Shown here: one piece after another, positions 24,998 to 32,000 of the stretch
Position numbering within the stretch: position 1 is the stretch's first letter
Layout: the number at the start of each line of letters is the position of its first letter
From: Idiomarina loihiensis L2TR
GTDB lineage: Bacteria; Pseudomonadota; Gammaproteobacteria; Enterobacterales; Alteromonadaceae
DNA length: 32,000 nt
Direction: 5' to 3'
NCBI RefSeq assembly: GCF_000008465.1
Contig: NC_006512.1
Location: forward strand, 2,790,001-2,822,000
Made by a program: the position numbers and the translations under genes
Notes under the pieces: model-generated
What the model was told of the DNA's origin: nothing
Database searches by the model: none
What the model saw: the letters and a program-made list of their open reading frames with translations, nothing else

Positions 24998-25236
24998 TGA
25001 GTTAATGGTATGCAACTTTACGTTTTAACCTGCTATCAAATCGCTACACAAAAATAGCTTTATTAAGTTTATGAACATGAAAAAACGGATGTGTATTTAT
25101 TCGAAAATCAAAATAAAACATTGACTTCTGGATGTTTATACAGTAGTGTGGCTCTGATTGGTTTTTTCCGATCAAGGTAGGCTTTTACGTAATTTTAGTA
25201 ACAGCTTTGAACTATTACTAATAGAAGGAAGAAAAA

Positions 25237-25281
25237 ATGTTTTTCTTAAAACTCTTCTCAATAACGACATACCTATTATAA
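25237..25281 (+). promoter_or_regulatory. Candidate 14-codon leader ORF (MFFLKLFSITTYLL) overlapping the SD of the 175-aa gene
   Basis: An ATG lies 5 nt after GAAGGAAG. The leader stop TAA (25279-25281) is the first 3 nt of TAAGGAGG, which is the SD for the ATG at 25292. Confidence 0.3.
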
Positions 25282-25291
25282 GGAGGTAAAT

Positions 25292-25819
25292 ATGTCTGAA
25301 AACGACAGTACTAACGAAAACTCGCGTCAAGCTTTCCGCGTCTACAAATCTCAGGATAAAAATATTGTTGGTAGCAATATTCCTAAAGAACTAGATACTC
25401 ACCTAGAAACGCCGCGGATTGTATTCGTTCGAGATAAGCATGTCAATAGTAGTTGGCAAAAAGTATTACCAACGGCTAAAAATGACATTACAGCAAAACT
25501 TATCGGCTTACAACACTATCCTGAAAATTACCTTTCTTACGACATAGACTTACTTACAAGTCTTGACCGTTCAAGCACGGTAAATGGAAGTGTTATTACT
25601 GCAGCAGGCCAAACAGGGAGCATTAATACCCCGTTCATTCTTCATGATCACGATACGCAATACCATGTGGCAGCGTTCGTTAGTAGTGAAGGGCTTTGCC
25701 ACGTATTAAGTGTATGGCCATTTGATGTATCAGACAACAACGGCCAGGTTCACAATCGTAAACCTGAGTCCGTCATGTCTAAAGTTGAAAGCTTATATGA
25801 GGCTTTAGTACTAGCCTAA
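25292..25819 (+). CDS. Hypothetical protein (175 aa) between the transposon right end and tnsA
   Basis: Strong SD AAGGAGG 6 nt upstream. A terminator hairpin follows. No domain recognised. Confidence 0.6.
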   Translation: MSENDSTNENSRQAFRVYKSQDKNIVGSNIPKELDTHLETPRIVFVRDKHVNSSWQKVLPTAKNDITAKLIGLQHYPENYLSYDIDLLTSLDRSSTVNGSVITAAGQTGSINTPFILHDHDTQYHVAAFVSSEGLCHVLSVWPFDVSDNNGQVHNRKPESVMSKVESLYEALVLA

Positions 25820-25836
25820 TACGTTGTAAGAAATAG

Positions 25837-25866
25837 AGCCGCGATGTTCACCGCATCGCGGCTTTT
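25837..25866. terminator. Bidirectional intrinsic terminator between convergent genes
   Basis: agccgcgatg (25837-25846) pairs with catcgcggct (25854-25863). TTTT follows on the plus strand, and the minus-strand side is A/T-rich. Confidence 0.7.
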
Positions 25867-25875
25867 ACTTGTTAC

Positions 25876-26298
25876 CTAAAGAACATCTAACTGGTTAGAT
25901 GTGCTATCAGTACTGTTCTCTTTAGCAATCTGATGTGGGGATAGCTTAAACGTAAACCCTCCAGCGAATGCCATTTCAATAAGGCGATCAATACTAAATT
26001 GAGATACGCGCTGATTCTTCAAAAGGCTCACTTGCGCTTGAGTAATTCCTAACGCATTTGCAGCATCTTTTTGCTTCATATTTTTTACTAAACCATAGAT
26101 AAACATCATCAAGTGTGACTTAAAGTTGGTTTTATAAAGCTCGACACTATCCATTCCCGTCTCAGAAATATGGACGGTTTTGCTACCTTGACGCGTCCGA
26201 GACACGTCAAACTTCGCAATATTACTGTGGCTTTCCTTTTTCTCCTGATCTCGTATCTCCGCGCTATCTACCACACATTTACTTGTGCCGTTTTTCAT
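25876..26298 (-). CDS. XRE-family helix-turn-helix protein (HigA2/HTH_37-like) with a long N-terminal extension
   Basis: KQKDAANALGITQAQVSLLKNQRVSQFSIDRLIEMAFAGGFTFKLS matches the XRE HTH plus the 'fS.drLi..l..lG' tail typical of this subfamily. About 65 aa of unassigned N-terminus precede it. An internal Met start is possible. Confidence 0.7.
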   Translation of the reverse strand: MKNGTSKCVVDSAEIRDQEKKESHSNIAKFDVSRTRQGSKTVHISETGMDSVELYKTNFKSHLMMFIYGLVKNMKQKDAANALGITQAQVSLLKNQRVSQFSIDRLIEMAFAGGFTFKLSPHQIAKENSTDSTSNQLDVL

Positions 26299-26394
26299 CC
26301 TAACTCTCCAATTTCACGCAGTTATTATTTAGCGAGTTTACAGAAGCTGACTCTCGCACTTGCGAGGTAGTAAAATTTACTATTAGCCAGCGAC

Positions 26395-26419
26395 AAAAAA
26401 ACCAGAGAAAAGTCTCTGG
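26395..26419 (-). terminator. Inward-facing intrinsic terminator just inside the transposon right end
   Basis: The minus strand reads CCAGAGA-CTTT-TCTCTGG followed by TTTTTTT. It is oriented to stop transcription entering from the glmS side. Confidence 0.6.
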
Positions 26420-26601
26420 AAGTATTGACAGGTGTAAATATATCACCACTCGAATAAAAAAGCCAAATTTTTTGTTGCCTTTTTATACAATCTTTTGTAA
26501 AGACGGAAAATTTTTCTAGAGAGTCTGGAAATTACGAGAAAGAAAGTATCAGGAAAGCATTTAAGGCGGCAGTATTAAGAAGGAAAAAATTAGCAGTGGC
26601 G

Positions 26602-26669
26602 GAGTATCAAACTTTATTCCTAAGTATGATTCTTTATTACTAGGTATGAATCTTTATTACTCCACCACA
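26602..26669 (-). repeat. Right end of the Tn7-like element: three abutting 20-bp TnsB-type sites plus an 8-bp terminus
   Basis: Plus-strand sites are gagtatcaaactttattcct (26602-26621), aagtatgattctttattact (26622-26641) and aggtatgaatctttattact (26642-26661), followed by ccaccaca (26662-26669). The contiguous arrangement resembles Tn7-R. Confidence 0.85.
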
Positions 26670-26690
26670 AAAAAAAGGGCCTTTCGGCCC
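26670..26690 (-). terminator. glmS intrinsic terminator (also the attTn7 insertion point)
   Basis: The minus strand reads GGGCC-GAAA-GGCCC followed by TTTTTTT, beginning 4 nt after the glmS stop. The T-run runs directly into the transposon terminus. Confidence 0.75.
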
Positions 26691-26694
26691 TTTC

Positions 26695-28527
26695 TTATTC
26701 CACAGTAACTGACTTGGCCAAGTTCCTGGGCTGATCCACATCGGTACCTTTTATCAGAGCTACGTAATAGGACAGCAGCTGTAATGGAACGGTATAGACA
26801 ATAGGCGCTATCACTTCGTCGCAATGGCAGACGTTAAGTACGGTTAACGAGTCATCGCCTTTGAAGCGGGCGTTTTTGTCGGCAAAAACGTACATTAGGC
26901 CACCTCGAGCGCGCACTTCTTCAACGTTGGACTTCAGTTTTTCCAGCAAATCATTGTTCGGTGCTACGACAATAACCGGCATTTCTTCGTCAATAAGTGC
27001 TAACGGGCCGTGTTTTAACTCACCGGCGGCATAAGCTTCAGCGTGAATGTATGAAATTTCTTTCAGTTTTAACGCGCCTTCCATAGCAATAGGGTATTGG
27101 TTACCACGCCCCAGGAACAAGCTATGTTCTTTGTTCGCAAAGTCCTGCGCTAACTCTTCAATTTCATCGGCTAAGGACACCGCTTCTTCCAGCTTAGTTG
27201 GCAACGCCTGTAGGGCATGAACAACGGCTTCTTGCTGCTGCTCTGGCATGCCGCGATATTTGCCTATACCCAAGGTCAGCATAAGCAGGCCGGTTAACTG
27301 GGTAGTAAAGGCTTTAGTCGATGCCACGCCAATTTCTGCGCCGGCACGGGTTAAAAAGGCCAGGTCGGATTCGCGCACCATAGACGATGAGCCCACGTTA
27401 CAAATGGTCAGACTGCCTTTATAGCCAAGCTTTTTGGACAAGCGCAGTGCCGCTAGAGTGTCTGCCGTTTCACCGCTTTGTGAAATAGTCACCAACAAAC
27501 TGTTCGGGTGAACATAGGACTTGCGGTAACGAAACTCCGAGGCAATTTCAACATTGCACGACACATTTGCCATAGATTCCAGCCAATAGCGCGCCACCAT
27601 GCCCGCATGGTAACTGGTACCACAAGCGACTATCTGAACATGCTCAATGTCTTTTAGAATGTCAGCGGCATTCTCGCCAAAAGCATTATCCAACACGGAA
27701 ATTTCAGACAAACGGCCTTCCAGCGTGTTACGCACGGCAATAGGCTGCTCGTAAATTTCTTTCAGCATAAAGTGGCGATACTGGCCTTTGCCACCGGCGT
27801 CGTAGCTTACGTCAGATTCAACAACCTCGCGTTCTACCGCGTTGCCTTCAGAATCGTAAATGTCGATTTCAGTGCGGTTAATATCTGCAACATCGCCTTC
27901 TTCCAGATAGATAAATTGGCGGGTCACGGGCAATAATGCGAGCTGATCTGAAGCTACAAAGTTCTCGCCAATACCCACACCAATAACCAGAGGGCTACCG
28001 GAACGGGCAACCACTAAACGCTCCGGGTATTGGGTATCCATAACCACGGTGCCGTAAGCACCTTCCAACTGACGTACTGCTGATTTAACGGCAGCCAGTA
28101 AGTCGCCATGAGTTTTACGCTCATGATGAATTAAGTGAGCGATTACTTCGGTGTCAGTCTGCGAATTAAAGACATAACCTTCGGCTTGCAGCTCTTCGCG
28201 CAGGCGTTCGTGGTTTTCGATAATGCCATTATGCACTACGGCAATTTCGTCTTCTGAACGGTGAGGGTGAGCGTTCGCTTCCGTAACCCCGCCATGCGTT
28301 GCCCAACGTGTATGGGCAATACCGATAGTGCCGTCTAAGGGATTTTGCTCTATGGCGTCTTTCAGCTCCTGTACCTTACCGGTACGGCGTACGCTTTTAA
28401 GATGGTTATCAGCGTCGATAACAGCCACACCCGCCGAGTCATACCCCCGGTATTCCAGTCGTTTTAAACCTTCCAGCAAAATACCTGTTACCCGACGTTC
28501 CGACGTGGCGCCTACAATACCGCACAT
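26695..28527 (-). CDS. glmS: Glutamine--fructose-6-phosphate aminotransferase
   Basis: N-terminal MCGIVGA (Ntn Cys). Two SIS domains. Conserved C-terminus [13 protein letters not shown]. Confidence 0.97.
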   Translation of the reverse strand: MCGIVGATSERRVTGILLEGLKRLEYRGYDSAGVAVIDADNHLKSVRRTGKVQELKDAIEQNPLDGTIGIAHTRWATHGGVTEANAHPHRSEDEIAVVHNGIIENHERLREELQAEGYVFNSQTDTEVIAHLIHHERKTHGDLLAAVKSAVRQLEGAYGTVVMDTQYPERLVVARSGSPLVIGVGIGENFVASDQLALLPVTRQFIYLEEGDVADINRTEIDIYDSEGNAVEREVVESDVSYDAGGKGQYRHFMLKEIYEQPIAVRNTLEGRLSEISVLDNAFGENAADILKDIEHVQIVACGTSYHAGMVARYWLESMANVSCNVEIASEFRYRKSYVHPNSLLVTISQSGETADTLAALRLSKKLGYKGSLTICNVGSSSMVRESDLAFLTRAGAEIGVASTKAFTTQLTGLLMLTLGIGKYRGMPEQQQEAVVHALQALPTKLEEAVSLADEIEELAQDFANKEHSLFLGRGNQYPIAMEGALKLKEISYIHAEAYAAGELKHGPLALIDEEMPVIVVAPNNDLLEKLKSNVEEVRARGGLMYVFADKNARFKGDDSLTVLNVCHCDEVIAPIVYTVPLQLLSYYVALIKGTDVDQPRNLAKSVTVE

Positions 28528-28530
28528 AAG

Positions 28531-29901
28531 TTAAGTTCCTTTTTTCGACTGTGGACGTTGCCATCCGCTGATATTACGCTGCTTGCCGCGGGCAACAGCC
28601 AGTTCTTCGTCCGCTACAGCCCGGGTAATAACCGAGCCGGCGCCAACGGTTGCATTCTTACCAATGGCGACAGGCGCAACCAGAGAGCTGTTTGAGCCTA
28701 TAAAAGCGCCGTCACCAATTTCGGTGAGTGCTTTATTCACACCATCGTAATTGCAGGTAATGGTACCTGCACCAATGTTTGCGTATTCACCCACCTGAGT
28801 GTCGCCCAAATAGGTTAAATGGCTGGCTTTAGAACCTTTACCCAGGCGGCTTTTTTTCATCTCGACAAAGTTTCCGACCTGCGCTTCATCCGCAAGTTCC
28901 GCACCAGGGCGCAAACGCGCGAAAGGACCAACTTTACAGCCTTTCGCCACTTTTGCGTCTTCAATATGGGAGTTCGCGCGAATAACGGTGTCATCACCAA
29001 TAACGGAGTTTCTTATGACACAGTTTGGTTCAATAACAACCCGGTCACCCAGAACCACATTGCCTTCAAACACTGCGTTAATATCAATAGTGACATCACT
29101 GCCGGCACTCAGTTTACCGCGACAATCGAAGCGGGCAGGGTCAATTAAGGTAACGCCCTGGGTCATCAGCTCTTCAGCCTGACGCTGCTGCAGTGCTCTC
29201 TCTAAAGAGGCTAATTGCTGACGGTTATTGGCACCTTCCACTTCCTGAGCGTTGTCAGGCTGTGCAGTGGCAATATTAATACCTTCCCGCGCCGCCATTG
29301 CCACAATATCGGTCAGGTAATATTCTTTTTGCGCATTGTCATTACTCAATTGCTCAAGCCAGCTTTTTAATTTATCGCTGTCGGCAATCATAATGCCGGT
29401 GTTCACTTCATTAATCGCTAATTGCTGCGCGTTGGCGTCCTTTTGCTCAACAATACCGGTTACACTGCGGCGTTCATTACGCACAATACGGCCATAACCT
29501 GTAGGCTCGGCAAGCGTCATAGTCAACAAACCAAGCGAGGTGTTTGCGCTGGCCGTTACCAATTTAATTAAGGTGGATTCTGTCAGCAGCGGCACGTCAC
29601 CATACAAAATAATGACTTTTTCACTGCTTTTCAGGTGCGGAATAACCTGCTGAACCGCATGTCCTGTACCCAATTGTTCGCGTTGTTCAACCCAGGTTAA
29701 GTCATCACCTGCTATCGCCTGTTTAAGCTGATCGCCGCCATGGCCGTAAATTAAATTAATGGCGTCAGGCTTTAGCGACCTGGCTGTATCAATAACATGC
29801 TCTACCATAGGTTTATTCGCCACCTTATGTAGCACCTTTGGCAGCTCCGATCGCATGCGGGTTCCTTTTCCTGCGGCCAGAATAACAACGCGTAACTTCA
29901 T
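28531..29901 (-). CDS. glmU: Bifunctional UDP-N-acetylglucosamine pyrophosphorylase / GlcN-1-P acetyltransferase
   Basis: N-terminal VILAAGKGTRMRSELPKVLH. C-terminal left-handed beta-helix hexapeptide repeats. 3-nt gap to glmS. Confidence 0.95.
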   Translation of the reverse strand: MKLRVVILAAGKGTRMRSELPKVLHKVANKPMVEHVIDTARSLKPDAINLIYGHGGDQLKQAIAGDDLTWVEQREQLGTGHAVQQVIPHLKSSEKVIILYGDVPLLTESTLIKLVTASANTSLGLLTMTLAEPTGYGRIVRNERRSVTGIVEQKDANAQQLAINEVNTGIMIADSDKLKSWLEQLSNDNAQKEYYLTDIVAMAAREGINIATAQPDNAQEVEGANNRQQLASLERALQQRQAEELMTQGVTLIDPARFDCRGKLSAGSDVTIDINAVFEGNVVLGDRVVIEPNCVIRNSVIGDDTVIRANSHIEDAKVAKGCKVGPFARLRPGAELADEAQVGNFVEMKKSRLGKGSKASHLTYLGDTQVGEYANIGAGTITCNYDGVNKALTEIGDGAFIGSNSSLVAPVAIGKNATVGAGSVITRAVADEELAVARGKQRNISGWQRPQSKKGT

Positions 29902-29963
29902 ATTAATGGGTCCTTAATTCAATCGCTGGCGTAAGCCTTATGACATTAGCTTATTGTAACGAC

Positions 29964-29998
29964 AAAAAAGGCCCTGTTGCACTAACAACAAGGCCTTT
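29964..29998 (-). terminator. Intrinsic terminator after atpC (end of the atp operon)
   Basis: The minus strand reads AAAGGCCTTGTTG-TTAGTG-CAACAGGGCCTTT followed by a T run. The 13-bp stem has one mismatch. Confidence 0.75.
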
Positions 29999-30020
29999 TA
30001 CGTATTTTAACGCAGAAGTT

Positions 30021-30437
30021 TTAGCGCTTAAGCTTACGAATAATATCGATTTGAGCTAACGCACGCGATAGCTCAGCAATCGCTTCTGCATAGGTCACAT
30101 CAGAACCTGAATCGGCAATGGCTTCTTCAGCGCGTTTCTTCGCTGCTTCGGCTTCCTGCAGGTCAAGCTCGTCACCACGAACAGCAACGTCCGCAAGAAC
30201 AATAACGTGACCAGGCTGTACTTCTAACACACCACCGGCAACATAAAGAAGCTCTTCGTCGCCCGCTTCGCTAACATAACGAACCATACCTGGTTTGATT
30301 TTAGTCAAAAGGGGCGCGTGACCTGGGTAAATACCCAGCTCACCTTCGCTACCAGTGACCTGAACCGTTTGTACAACGCCTGAGAACAATTTGTCTTCAG
30401 CGCTAACAACGTCCAGATTTAATGTTTGTGTTGCCAT
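30021..30437 (-). CDS. atpC: F0F1 ATP synthase subunit epsilon
   Basis: 138 aa. LDVVSAE..LFSG...[16 protein letters not shown] pattern. Located directly downstream of atpD. Confidence 0.95.
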   Translation of the reverse strand: MATQTLNLDVVSAEDKLFSGVVQTVQVTGSEGELGIYPGHAPLLTKIKPGMVRYVSEAGDEELLYVAGGVLEVQPGHVIVLADVAVRGDELDLQEAEAAKKRAEEAIADSGSDVTYAEAIAELSRALAQIDIIRKLKR

Positions 30438-30454
30438 TCAAACCTCCCGGTCGG

Positions 30455-31858
<1,404 letters not shown>

Positions 31859-31882
31859 TCAATTCTGTTAACCGTTGCCGCA

Positions 31883-32000
<118 letters not shown>

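Larger units (their letters stand above)
10440..26669 (-). mobile_element. Complete Tn7-like transposon (tnsABCDE) inserted at attTn7 downstream of glmS
   Basis: The termini are TGTGGTGTGGTAATAAAGCTCCATAC (10440, left) and the inverted TGTGGTGGAGTAATAAAGATTCATAC (26669, right), matching at 22 of 26 positions. AAAAA flanks both sides (10435-10439 and 26670-26674). The right end is 25 nt from the glmS stop. The five tns genes are in canonical order next to the right end. Confidence 0.9.

Noticed and set aside
25047-25070. ctttatta core (identical to the core of the right-end TnsB sites) about 100 bp upstream of tnsA, considered as an internal autoregulatory TnsB site.
   Set aside because: Only the 8-bp core matches, and the flanking 9-10 positions do not. 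An AT-rich 8-mer is expected by chance in a 16-kb element.
25876-26298. XRE/HigA-like protein considered as the antitoxin of a type II toxin-antitoxin pair.
   Set aside because: There is no small RelE/HigB/BrnT-like ORF adjacent on the same strand. The neighbouring 175-aa gene is convergent and separated by a terminator.
26425-26450. Perfect TTGACA hexamer inside the right end, considered as an outward-facing promoter toward glmS.
   Set aside because: There is no acceptable -10 hexamer 16-18 nt downstream. The nearby TA-rich hexamers are only 4-8 nt away.

Overview
This is a chromosomal segment from a gammaproteobacterium. The minus-strand gene order is atpG'-atpD-atpC-glmU-glmS. The proteins look Alteromonadales-like, but the taxon cannot be verified here.

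Left flank (1-6.5 kb): ordinary-looking envelope and scavenging genes. These are the 3' part of a TonB-dependent receptor, a Tat-exported phospholipase C, a HAD-IB hydrolase, a GH114-like lipoprotein and two secreted orphans.

Middle (~6.6-26.67 kb): an insertion island at the attTn7 site directly downstream of glmS. The glmS-proximal part is a complete 16,230-bp Tn7-like transposon (10440-26669). It has recognisable ends: TGTGGTG termini, three abutting 20-bp repeats at the right end and three spaced repeats at the left end. It carries a full tnsA-B-C-D-E module and is flanked by AAAAA on both sides. The right end lies 25 nt from the glmS stop codon.

Its cargo is a tightly packed, AT-rich five-gene operon (11304-17127, minus strand). 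The operon encodes an NPPY-type DNA methyltransferase, a 745-aa protein that fuses an Hsp90/MORC-like GHKL ATPase module to a complete histidine-kinase core, a receiver-domain protein with an unassignable Cys-rich C-terminal region, and two orphans. I do not recognise this as a named defence system. I consider it the best candidate for a novel methylation-linked phosphorelay immunity system.

Distal to this element are decayed remains of at least one other Tn7-family element with a different end sequence family. These include a 64-bp right-end module present twice, a solitary end relic, and a frameshifted, truncated tnsA. The remnant carries a secreted M23 peptidase plus a secreted partner.

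All domain calls are from motif recognition by eye. No database search was possible.
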